DNA of 64,000 bases, from positions 26,908,001 through 26,972,000 of the forward strand of contig OZ024764.1 in the NCBI GenBank assembly GCA_964016885.1. Direction: 5' to 3'. The translations under genes and the position numbers were made by a program. The DNA comes from Eledone cirrhosa (lineage: Eukaryota). Within the stretch, counting starts at the first letter, position 1, and the number at the start of each line of letters is the position of its first letter. Shown here piece after piece: positions 24,201 to 37,100 of this stretch. The notes beneath the pieces are model-generated. The model saw only the letters and a list, made by a program, of their open reading frames with translations. It searched no databases and had not been told where the DNA came from.

Positions 24201-27200
24201 AGAGAGAGAGAGCGAGATGAAACGAGAGAGAGGAAGAGAGAGAGCGCGAGATGAAACGAGAGAGAGAGAGAGCGAGATGAAACGAGAGAGAGGAAGAGAG
24301 AGAGGGCGAGATGAAACGAGAGAGAGCGCGAGATGAAAGTCTGTCATGTAATGTTATCGACATATCTGCCCTTGGGGCTAATAATTGTCATGTAATGTTA
24401 TGGACATATCTGCCCCTGGGGCTAATAATTGTCATGTAATGTTATGTACATCTCTGCCCCTGTGGCTAATAATTCTGTCATGTAATGTTATGGACATCTC
24501 TGCCCCTGTGGCTAATAATTATGTCATGTAATGTTATGGACATCTCTGCCCCTGTGGCTAATAATTCTGTCATGTAATGTTATGGACATCTCTGCCCCTG
24601 TGGCTAATAAATTCGTCATGTAATGTTATGGACATCTCTGCCCCTGTGGCTAATAAATCTGAGAGAGATGAAACAAGTGAGGGATTAGAGTGTTGAAACA
24701 AGAGAGAGAGAGGAAGAGAGAGTGAGAGCGAGATCAAACGAGAGAGAGAGAGCGAGATGGAATGAGAGAGTGAGAGCGAGATGAAACGAGAGAGAGAGAG
24801 CCAGATGAAATGAGAGAGAGAGAGCGAGATGAAATGAGAGAGAGAGAGCGAGATGAAACGAGACAGAGAGAGCGGGATGAAACGAGATAGAGAGAGCGAG
24901 ATGAAATGAGAGAGAGAGAGAGCGAAATGAAACGAGACAGAGAGAGCCAGATGAAATGAGAGAGAGAGAGCGAGATGAAACGAGAGAGAGAGAGCGAGAT
25001 GAAATGAGAGAGAGAGAGCGAGATGAAACGAGAGAGTGAGAGCGAGATGAAATGAGAGAGAGAGAGAGAATGAGATGAAATGAGAGAGAGAGAGAGAGCG
25101 AGATGAAATGAGACATAGAATGATGAAACGAGAGAGAGATGAAACGAGAGAGAGAGGAAACGAGAGAGAGGAAACGAGAGTAGAGAGCGAGATGAAACAG
25201 GAGAGAGAGAGCGAGATGAAACGAGACGGAGAGAGAGATGAAACGAGAGAGCGAGAGAGAGATAGAGGGAGATGAAACGACAGAGAGAGAGACAGATGAA
25301 ACGAGGGAGATAGAGATGAAACGAGAGAGAGGAAGAGAGAGATAGAACGAGAGAGAGGAAGAGAGAGATGAACGAGAGAGAGGAAGACAGAGATGAAACG
25401 AGAGAGAGAGAGAGCAAGATGAAACGAGAGAGAGGAAGAGAGAGAGTGCGAGATGAAACGAGAGAGAGAGAGAGTGAGATGAAACGAGAGAGAGGAAGAG
25501 AGAGAGCGCGAGATGAAACGAGAGAGAGCGCGAGATGAAAGTCTGTCATGTAATGTTATGGACATATCTGCCCTAGGGGCTAATAATTGTCATGTAATGT
25601 TATGGACATCTCTGCCCCTGTGGCTAATAATTCTGTCATGTAATGTTATGGCTATCTCTGCCCCTGTGGCTAATAATTCTGTCATGTAATGTTATGGACA
25701 TCTCTGTCCCTGTGGCTAATAATTCTGTCATGTAATGTTATGGACATCTCTGCCCCTGTGGCTAATAATTCTGAGAGAGATGAAACAAGTGAGGGATAAG
25801 AGAGAGATGAAACAAGTGAGGGATTAGAGTGTTGAAACAAGCGAGAGAGAGGAAGAGAGAGTGAGACAGAGCGAGATGAAATGAGAGAGTGAGAGCGAGA
25901 TGAAACGAGAGAGAGAGAGCGAGATGAAATGAGAGAGAGAGAGCGAGATGAAATGAGAGAGAGAGAGCGAGATGAAACGAGACAGAGAGAGCGGGATGAA
26001 ATGAGAGAGAGAGAGCGAGATGAAATGAGACAGAGAGAGCGGGATGAAACGAGACAGAGCGAGCGAGATGAAATGAGAGAGAGAGAGAGCGAAATGAAAC
26101 GAGACAGAGAGAGCGAGATGAAACGAGAGAGAGAGAGAGAGCGAGATGAAATGAGAGAGAGAGAGCGAGATGAAACAAGAGAGTGAGAGCTAGAGGAAAC
26201 GAGAGAGAGAGGAAACGAGAGAGAGAGGAAACGAGAGACAGAGAGGATACGAGAGAGAGGAAACGAGAGTAGAGAGCGAGATGAAACAGGAGAGAGAGAG
26301 CGAGATGAAACAGGAGAGAGAGAGCGAGATGAAACGAGAGGGAGAGAGAGATGAAACGAGAGAGCGCGAGAGAGATAGAGGTAGATGAAACGACAGAGAG
26401 AGAGACAGATGAAACGAGGGAGATAGAGATGAAACGAGAGAGGGAGATGAAACGAGAGAGAGGAAGAGAGAGATGGAACGAGAGAGAGGAAGACAGAGAT
26501 GAAACGAGAGAGAGAGAGAGCAAGATAAAACGAGAGAGAGGAAGAGAGAGAGTGCGAGATGAAACGAGAGAGAGAGAGAGTGAGATGAAACGAGAGAGAG
26601 GAAGAGAGAGAGCGCGAGATGAAAGTCTGTCATGTAATGTTATGGACATATCTGCCCTAGGGGCTAATAATTGTCATGTAATGTTATGGACATCTCTGCC
26701 CCTGTGGCTAATAATTCTGTCATGTAATGTTATGGCCATCTCTGCCCCTGTGGCTAATAATTCTGTCATGTAATGTTATGGACATCTCTGCCCCTGTGGC
26801 TAATAAATTCGTCATGTAATGTTATGGACATCTCTGCCCCTGTGGCTAATAAATTCGTCATGTAATGTTATGGACATCTCTGCCCCTGTGGCTAATAAAT
26901 CTGTCATGTAATGTTATGGACATCTCTGCCCCTGTGGCTAATAATTCTGACATGTAATGTTATGGACATCTCTGCCCCTGTGGCTAATAATTCTGAGTGA
27001 GATGAAACAAGTGAGGGATAAGAGAGAGATGAAACAAGTGAGGGATTAGAGTGTTGAAACAAGAGAGAGAGGAAGAGAGAGTGAGAGCGAGATCAAACGA
27101 GAGAGAGAGCAAGATGAAATGAGAGAGAGAGAGCGAGATGAAATGAGAGAGAGAGAGCGAGATGAAACGAGACAGAGAGAGCGGGATGAAACGAGACAGA

Positions 27201-30200
27201 GAGAGCGAGATGAAATGAGAGAGAGAGAGAGCGAAATGAAACGAGACAGAGAGAGCGAGATGAAACGAGAGAGAGAGAGCGAGATGAAACGAGAGAGAGA
27301 GAGAGAGCGAGATGAAACGAGAGAGAGGAAGAGAGAGAGCGCGAGATGAAACAAGAGAGAGAGAGCGCGAGATGAAAGTCTGTCATGTAATGTTATGGAC
27401 ATATCTGCCCTTGGGGCTAATAATTGTCGTGTAATGTTATGGACATATCTGCCCCTGTGGCTAATAATTCTGTCATGTAATGTTATGGACATCTCTGCCC
27501 CTGTGGCTAATAATTATGTCATGTAATGTTATGGACATCTCTGCCCCTGTGGCTAATAATTCTGTCATGTAATGTTATGGACATCTCTGCCCCTGTGGCT
27601 AATAAATTCGTCATGTAATGTTATGGACATCTCTGCCCCTGTGGCTAATAAATCTGTCATGTAATGTTATGGACATCTCTGCCCCTGTGGCTAATAATTC
27701 TGACATGTAATGTTATGGACATCTCTGCCCCTGTGGCTAATAACTCTGAGAGAGATGAAACAAGTGAGGGATAAGAGAGAGATGAAACAAGTGAGGGATT
27801 AGAGTGTTGAAACAAGAGAGAGAGAGGAAGAGAGAGTGAGAGCGAGATGAAACGAGAGAGAGACAGAGCGAGCTGAAATGAGAGAGTGAGAGCGAGATGA
27901 AACGAGAGAGAGAGAGCGAGATGAAATGAGAGAGAGAGAGCGAGATGAAATGAGAGAGAGAGAGCGAGATGAAACGAGACAGAGAGAGCGGGATGAAATG
28001 AGAGAGAGCGAGATGAAATGAGACAGAGAGAGCGGGATGAAACGAGACAGAGAGAGCGAGATGAAATGAGAGAGAGAGAGAGCGAAATGAAACGAGACAG
28101 AGAGAGCGAGATGAAACGAGAGAGAGAGAGAGCTAGATGAAATGAGGGAGAGAGAGCGAGATGAAACAAGAGAGTGAGAGCTAGAGGAAACGAGAGAGAG
28201 AGGAAACGAGAGAGAGAGGAAACGAGAGAGAGAGAGGAAACGAGAGAGAGGATACGAGAGAGAGGAAACGAGAGTAGAGAGCGAGATGAAACAGGAGAGA
28301 GAGAGCGAGATGAAACAAGAGAGAGAGAGCGAGATGAAACGAGAGGGAGAGAGAGATGAAACGAGAGAGCGAGAGAGAGATAGAGCGCAAGATGAAACGA
28401 CAGAGAGAGAGACAGATGAAACGAGGGAGATAGAGATGAAACGAGAGAGAGAGATGAAACGAGAGAGAGGAAGAGAGAGATGGAACGAGAGAGAGGAAAA
28501 CAGAGATGAAACGACAGAGAGAGAGAGAGCAAGATAAAACGAGAGAGAGGAAGAGAGAGAGTGCGAGATGAAACGAGAGAGAGAGAGAGTGAGATGAAAC
28601 GAGAGAGAGGAAGAGAGAGAGCGCGAGATGAAACGAGAGAGCGCGAGATGAAACGAGAGAGCGCGAGATGAAAGTCTGTCATGTAATGTTATGGACATAT
28701 CTGCCCTAGGGGCTAATAATTGTCATGTAATGTTATGGACATCTCTGCCCCTGTGGCTAATAATTCTGTCATGTAATGTTATGGCCATCTCTGCCCCTGT
28801 GGCTAATAATTCTGTCATGTAATGTTATGGACATCTCTGCCCCTGTGGCTAATAAATTCGTCATGTAATGTTATGGACATCTCTGCCCCTGTGGCTAATA
28901 AATTCGTCATGTAATGTTATGGACATCTCTGCCCATGTGGCTAATAAATCTGTCATGTAATGTTATGGACATCTCTGCCCCTGTGGCTAATAATTCTGAC
29001 ATGTAATGTTATGGACATCTCTGCCCCTGTGGCTAATAATTCTGAGAGAGATGAAACAAGTGAGGGATAAGAGAGAGATGAAACAAGTGAGGGATTAGAG
29101 TGTTGAAACAAGAGAGAGAGAGGAAGAGAGAGTGAGAGCGAGATCAAACGAGAGAGAGAGAGAGCAAGATGAAATGAGAGAGAGAGAGCGAGATGAAATG
29201 AGAGAGAGAGAGCGAGATGAAACGAGATAGAGAGAGAGGGATGAAACGAGACAGAGAGAGCGAGATGAAATGAGAGAGAGAGAGAGCGAAATGAAACGAG
29301 ACCGAGAGAGCGAGATGAAACGAGAGAGAGAGAGCGAGATGAAATGAGAGAGAGAGAGCGAGATGAAACGAGAGAGTGAGAGCTAGAGGAAACGAGAGAG
29401 AGAGGAAACGAGAGAGAGAGGAAACGAGAGAGAGGATGCGAGAGAGAGGAAACGAGAGTAGAGAGCGAGATGAAACAGGAGAGAGAGAGCGAGATGAAAC
29501 AGGAGAGAGAGAGCGAGATGAAACGAGAGGGAGAGAGAGATGAAACGAGAGAGCGAGAGAGAGATAGAGGGAGATGAAACGACAGAGAGAGAGACAGATG
29601 AAACGAGGGAGATAGAGATGAAACGAGAGAGAGAGATGAAACGAGAGAGAGGAAGAGATAGATGGAACGAGAGAGAGGAAGAGAGAGATGGAACGAGAGA
29701 GAGGAAGACAGAGATGAAACGAGAGAGAGAGAGAGAGAGAGATGAAACGAGAGAGAGAGGAAGATAGAGAGTGCGTGATGAAACGAGAGAGTGAGAGAGA
29801 GAGAGCGAGATGAAACAAGAGAGAGGAAGAGAGAGAGCGCGAGATGAAACGAGAGAGAGAGAGAGCGAGATGAAATGAGAGAGTGTGAGTGAGATGAAAC
29901 GAGAGAGAGAGTGAGAGCGAGATGAAATGAGAGAGAGAGAGCGAGATGAAATGAGAGAGAGAGCGAGATGAAACGAGACAGAGAGAGCGGGATGAAACGA
30001 GACAGAGGAATCGAGATGAAATGAGAGACAGAGAGAGCGAGATGAAACGAGAGAGTGAGAGCGAGATGGAACGAGACAGAGAGAGCGCGATGAAACGAGA
30101 GAGATGGAACGAAAGTAGAGATCGAGATGAAACAGGAGAGAGAGAGCGAGATGAAACAGGAGTGAGAGAGCGAGATGAAACGAGAGGGAGGGAGAGATGA

Positions 30201-33200
30201 AACGAGAGAGCGAGAGAGAGATAGAGGGAGATGAAACGACAGAGAGAGAGACAGATGAAATGAGGGAGATAGAGATGAAACGAGAGAGCGAGATGAAACG
30301 AGAGAGTGAGAGCGAGATGGAACGAGACAGAGAGAGCGAGATGAAACGAGAGAGTGAGAGCTAGATGAAACGAGAGGGAGATGGAACGAGAGAGAGAGGA
30401 AGAGAGAAATGGAACGAGAGAGAGGAAGACAAAGATGAAACGAGAGAGAGAGAGAGCGAGATGAAACGAGAGAGAGGAAGAGAGAGAGCGCGAGATGAAA
30501 CGAGAGAGAGAGAGAGCGAGATGAAATGAGAGAGAGGAAGAGAGAGAGGGCGAGATGAAACGAGAGAGAGCGCGAGATGAAAGTCTGTCATGTAATGTTA
30601 TCGACATATCTGCCCTTGGGGCTAATAATTGTCATGTAATGTTATGGACATATCTGCCCCTGGGGCTAATAATTGTCATGTAATGTTATGTACATCTCTG
30701 CCCCTGTGGCTAATAATTCTGAGAGAGATGAAACAAGTGAGGGATTAGAGTGTTGAAACAAGCGAGAGAGAGGAAGAGAGAGTGAGACAGAGCGAGATGA
30801 AATGAGAGAGTGAGAGCGAGATGAAACGAGAGAGAGAGAGCGAGATGAAATGAGAGAGAGAGAGCGAGATGAAATGAGAGAGAGAGAGAGCGAGATGAAA
30901 CGAGACAGAGAGAGCGGGATGAAATGGGAGAGAGAGAGCGAGATGAAATGAGAGAGAGAGAGCGAGATGAAACGAGAGAGTGAGAGCTAGAGGAAACGAG
31001 AGAGAGAGGAAACGAGAGAGAGAGGAAACGAGAGAGAGGATACGAGAGAGAGGAAACGAGAGTAGAGAGCGAGATGAAACAGGAGAGAGAGAGCGAGATG
31101 AAACAGGAGAGAGAGAGCGAGATGAAACGAGAGGGAGAGAGAGATGAAACGAGAGAGCGAGAGAGAGATAGAGGGAGATGAAACGACAGAGAGAGAGACA
31201 GATGAAACGAGGGAGATAGAGATGAAACGAGAGAGAGAGATGAAACGAGAGAGAGGAAGAGAGAGATGGAACGAGAGAGAGGAAGAGAGAGATGGAACGA
31301 GAGAGAGGAAGACAGAGATGAAACGAGAGAGAGAGAAAGCGAGATGAAACGAGAGAGAGGAAGAGAGTGAACGCGAGATGAAACGAGAGAGAGAGAGAGC
31401 GAGATGAAACGAGAGAGAGAGAGCGAGATGAAATGAGAGAGAGAGAGAGCGAGATGAAACGAGAGAGTGAGAGCTAGAGGAAACGAGAGAGAGGAAACGA
31501 GAGAGAGAGGAAACGAGAGAGAGAGGAAACGAGAGAGAGGATACGAGACAGAGGAAACGAGAGTAGAGAGCGAGATGAAACAGGAGAGAGAGAGCGAGAT
31601 GAAACAGGAGAGAGAGAGCGACATGAAACGAGAGGGAGAGAGAGATGAAACGAGAGAGCGAGAGAGAGATAGAGGGAGATGAAACGACAGAGAGAGAGAC
31701 AGATGAAACGAGGGAGATAGAGATGAAACGAGAGAGAGAGATGAAACGAGAGAGAGGAAGAGAGAGATGGAACGAGAGAGAGGAAGAGAGAGATGGAACG
31801 AGAGAGAGGAAGACAGAGATGAAACGAGAGAGAGAGAGATCGAGATGAAACGAGAGAGAGAGGAAGATAGAGAGTGCGTGATGAAACGAGAGAGAGAGAG
31901 CGAGATGAAACGAGAGAGAGGAAGAGAGAGAGCGCGAGATGAAACGAGAGAGAGAGAGAGAGCGAGATGAAATGAGAGAGTGTGAGTGAGATGAAACGAG
32001 AGAGAGAGTGAGAGCGAGATGAAATGAGAGAGAGAGAGCGAGATGAAATGAGCGAGAGAGAGCGAGATGAAACGAGACAGAGAGAGCGGGATGAAACGAG
32101 ACAGAGGGATCGAGATGAAATGAGAGACAGAGAGAGCGAGATGAAACGAGAGAGTGAGAGCGAGATGGAACGAGATGAAACGAGAGAGTGTGAGCTAGAT
32201 GAAACGAGAGAGAGATGGAACGAGAGTAGAGATCGAGATGAAACAGGAGAGAGAGAGCGAGATGAAACAGGAGTGAGAGAGCGAGATGAAACGAGAGGGA
32301 GGGAGAGATGAAACGAGAGAGCGAGAGAGAGATAGAGGGAGATGAAACGACAGAGAGAGAGACAGATGAAATGAGGGAGATAGAGATGAAACGAGAGAGC
32401 GAGATGAAACGAGAGAGTGAGAGCGAGATGGAACGAGACAGAGAGAGCGAGATGAAACCAGTGAGTGAGAGCTAGATGAAACGAGAGAGAGATGGAACGA
32501 GACAGAGAGGAAGAGAGAAATGGAACGAGAGAGAGGAAGACAAAGATGAAACGAGAGAGAGAGAGAGCGAGATGAAACGAGAGAGAGGAAGAGAGAGAGC
32601 GCGAGATGAAACGAGAGAGAGAGAGAGCGAGATGAAACGAGAGAGAGGAAGAGAGAGAGGGCGAGGTGAAACGAGAGAGAGCGCGAGATGAAAGTCTGTC
32701 ATGTAATGTTATCGACATATCTGCCCTTGGGGCTAATAATTGTCATGTAATGTTATGGACATATCTGCCCCTGGGGCTAATAATTGTCATGTAATGTTAT
32801 GTACATCTCTGCCCCTGTGGCTAATAATTCTGTCATGTAATGTTATGGACATCTCTGCCCCTGTGGCTAATAATTATGTCATGTAATGTTATGGACATCT
32901 CTGCCCCTGTGGCTAATAAATTCGTCATGTAATGTTATGGACATCTCTGCCCCTGTGGCTAATAAATCTGAGAGAGATGAAACAAGTGAGGGATTAGAGT
33001 GTTGAAACAAGAGAGAGAGAGGAAGAGAGAGTGAGAGCGAGATCAAACGAGAGAGAGAGAGCGAGATGAAATGAGAGAGTGAGAGCGAGATGAAACGAGA
33101 GAGAGAGAGCCAGATGAAATGAGAGAGAGAGAGCGAGATGAAATGAGAGAGAGAGAGCGAGATGAAACGAGACAGAGAGAGCGGGATGAAACGAGATAGA

Positions 33201-34192
33201 GAGAGCGAGATGAAATGAGAGAGAGAGAGAGCGAAATGAAACGAGAGAGCGAGATGAAACGAGAGAGAGAGAGCGAGATGAAATAAGAGAGAGAGAGCGA
33301 GATGAAACGAGAGAGTGAGAGCTAGAGGAAACGAGAGAGAGAGGATACGAGAGAGAGGAAACGAGAGTAGAGAGCGAGATGAAACAGGAGAGAGAGAGCG
33401 AGATGAAACAGGAGAGAGAGAGCGAGATGAAACGAGAGGTAGAGAGAGATGAAACGAGAGAGCGAGAGAGAGATAGAGGGAGATGAAACGACAGAGAGAG
33501 AGACAGATGAAACGAGGGAGATAGAGATGAAACGAGAGAGAGAGATGAAACGAGAGAGAGGAAGAGAGAGATGGAACGAGAGAGAGGAAGAGAGAGATGG
33601 AACGAGAGAGAGGAAGACAGAGATGAAACGAGAGAGAGAGAAAGCGAGATGAAACGAGAGAGAGGAAGAGAGTGAACGCGAGATGAAACGAGAGAGAGAG
33701 AGAGCGAGATGAAACGAGAGAGAGGAAGAGAGAGAGCGCGAGATGAAACGAGAGAGAGAGAGAGCGCGAGATGAAAGTCTGTCATGTAATGTTATGGACA
33801 TATCTGCCCTTGGGGCTAATAATTGTTATGTAATGTTATGGACATCTCTGCCCCTGTGGCTAATAATTCTGTCATGTAATGTTATGGACATCTCTGCCCT
33901 TGTGGCTAATAATTATGTCATGTAATGTTATGGACATCTCTGCCCCTGTGGCTAATAATTCTGACATGTAATGTTATGGACATCTCTGCCCCTGTGGCTA
34001 ATAAATCTGTCATGTAATGTTATGGACATCTCTGCCCCTGTGGCTAATAATTCTGACATGTAATGTTATGGACATCTCTGCCCCTCTGGCTAATAATTCT
34101 GACATGTAATGTTATGGACATCTCTGCCCCTGTGGCTAATAATTCTGACATGTAATGTTATGGACATCTCTGCCCCTGTGGCTAATAATTCT
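12270..34192 (+). repeat. Composite satellite array, GA orientation, ~22 kb with ~3-kb higher-order repeats
   Basis: A lead-in of GAGTTGAAAC units (12270-12690) is followed by alternating GA blocks and 46-bp blocks. Matching block ends recur at 18227/21184/24363 and 19339/22524/25565. Confidence 0.97.
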
Positions 34193-37100
34193 GATTTATT
34201 AGCCACAGGGGCAGAGATGTCCATAACATTACATGTCAGAATTATTAGCCACAGGGGCAGAGATGTCCATAACATTACATGACAGAATTATTAGCCACAG
34301 GGGCAGAGATGACCATAACATTACATGACAATTATTAGCCACAGGGGCAGATATGTCAATAACATTACATGACAGAGTTTCATCTCGCGCTCTCTCTCTC
34401 TCGTTTCATCTTGCGCTCTCTCTCTCCCGTTTCATCTCGCTCTCTCTCTCTCTCGTTTCATCTCTGTCTTCCTCTCTTTCGTTCCATCTCTCTCTTCCTC
34501 TCTCTCGTTCCATCTCTCTCTTCCTCTCTCTCGTTTCATCTCTATCTCCCTCCTTTCATCTGTCTCTCTCTCTGTCGTTTCATCTCGCGCTCTCTCTCTC
34601 TCATTTCATCTCGCTCTCTCTCTCTCTTTCGTTTCATCTCTGTCTTCCTCTCTCTCGTTCCATCTCTCTCTTCCTCTCTCTCGTTCCATCTATCTCTTCC
34701 TCTCTCTCGTTTCATCTCTATCTCCCTCGTTTCATCTCTCTCTCGCTCTCTCGTTTCATCTCTCTCTCCCTCTCGTTTCATCTCGCTCTCTCTCTCCTGT
34801 TTCATCTCGCTCTCTACTCTCGTTTCCTCTCTCTCGTTTCCTCTCTGTCTCGTTTCATCTCGCTCTCTCTCTCTCTCTCGTTTGATCTCGCTCTCACTCT
34901 CTCGTTTCATCTCGCTTCTCTCACTCTCGGGTTTCATCTCGCTTCTCTCACTCTCGGGTTTCATCTCGCTCTCCCTGTCTCATTTCACTTCGCTCTTTCT
35001 CTCTCTTCCTCTCTCTCTCTTGTTTCAACACTCTAATCCCTCACTTGTTTTATCTCTCTCTAATCCCTCACTTGTTTCATCTCTCTCAGAATTATTAGCC
35101 ACAGGGGCAGAGATGTCCATAACATTACATGTCAGAATTATTAGCCACAGGGCAGAGATGTCCATAACATTACATGTCAGAATTATTAGCCACAGGGGCA
35201 GAGATGTCCATAACATTACATGACAGAATTATTAGCCACAGGGGCAGAGATGTCCATAACATTACATGACAGAATTATTAGCCACAGGGGCAGAGATGTC
35301 CATAACATTACATGACAATTATTAGCCCCAAGGGCAGATATGTCCATAACATTACATGACAGAGTTTCATCTCGCGCTCTCTCTTTCCCTCTCTCTCGTT
35401 TCATCTCGCTCTCTCTGTCTCTCGTTTCATCTCGCTCTCTCGTTTCATCTCGCTCTCTCTCGTTTCATCTCTGTCTTCCTCTCTCTCGTTCCATCTCTCT
35501 CTTCCTCTCGCTCGTTCCATCTCTCTCTTCTTCTCTCTCGTTTCATCTCTATCTCCCTCCTTTCATCTGTCTCTCTCTCTGTCGTTTCATCTCGCGCTCT
35601 CTCTCTCTCGTTTCATCTCGCGCTCTCTCTCTCTCGTTTCATCTCGCTCTCTCTCTCTCGTTTCATCTCTGTCTTCCTCTCTCTCGTTCCATCTCTCTCT
35701 TCCTCTCCCTGGTTTCATCTCTCTCTCCCTCTCGTTTCATCTCGCTCTCTCTCTCCTGTTTCATCTCGCTCTCTACTCTCGTTTCCTCTCTCTCGTTTCC
35801 TCTCTGTCTCGTTCCATCCCGCTCTCTCTCTCTCTCATTACATGTATCTCTTTCTGTCTCGTTTCATCTCGCTCTCTCCCTCTCTCGTTTCATCTCGCTC
35901 TCACTCTCTCGTTTCATCTCGCTTCTCTCACTCTCGCGTTTCATCTCGCTCTCCCTGTCTCATTTCATCTCGCTCTCTCTCTCTCTCTTCCTCTCTCTCT
36001 CTTGTTTCAACACTCTAATCCCTCACTTGTTTTATCTCTCTCTAATCCCTCACGTGTTTCATCTCTCTCAGAATTATTAGCCACAGGGGCAGAGATGTCC
36101 ATAACATTACATGTCAGAATTATTAGCCACAGGGCAGAGATGTCCATAACATTACATGTCAGAATTATTAACCACAGGGGCAGAGATGTCCATAACATTA
36201 CATGACAGAATTATTAGCCACAGGGGCAGAGATGACAATAACATTACATGACAATTATTAGCCACAGGGGCAGATATTTCAATAACATTACATGACAGAG
36301 TTTCATCTCGCGCTCTCTCTCTCTCGTTTCATCTTGCGCTCTCTCTCTCCCGTTTCATCTCGCTCTCTCTCTCGTTTCATCTCTCTCGTTCCATCTCTCT
36401 CTTCCTCTCTCTCGTTCCATCTCTCTCTTCCTCTCTCTTGTTTCATCTCTATCTCCCTTGTTTCATCTCTCTCTCGCTCTCTCGTTTCATCTCGCTCTCC
36501 CTCTCGTTTCATCTCGCTCTCTCTCTCCTGTTTCATCTCGCTCTCTCTCTCTCTCGTTTCATCTCTGTCTTCCTCTCTCTCGTTCCATCTCTCTCTTCCT
36601 CTCTCTCGTTTCATCTCTATCTCCCTCGTTTCATCTCTCTCTCGCTCTCTCGTTTCATCTCTCTCTCCCTCTCGTTTCATCTCGCTCTCTCTCTCCTGTT
36701 TCATCTCGCTCTCTCTCTCTCCTGTTTCATCTCGCTCTCTACTCTCGTTTCCACTCTCTCTCGTTTCATCTCTCTCTCCCTCCCGTTTCATCTCGCTCTC
36801 TCTCTCTCTCGTTTCATCTCGCCCTCACTCTCTCGTTTCATCTCGTTCTCTCTCTGTCTCGTTTCATCTCGCTCTCTCTCTCTCATTTCATCTCGCTCTC
36901 TCTCTCTCATTTCATCTCGCTCTCTCTCTCTCGTTTCATCTCGCTCCCACTCTCTCGTTTCATCTCGCTCTCACTCTCTCGTTTCATCTCACTCTCCCTG
37001 TCTCGTTTCATCTCGCTCACACTCTCTCATTTCATCTCGCTCTCTCTCTCTTGTTTCAACACTCTAATCCCTCACTTGTTTCATCTCTCTCAGAATTTTT

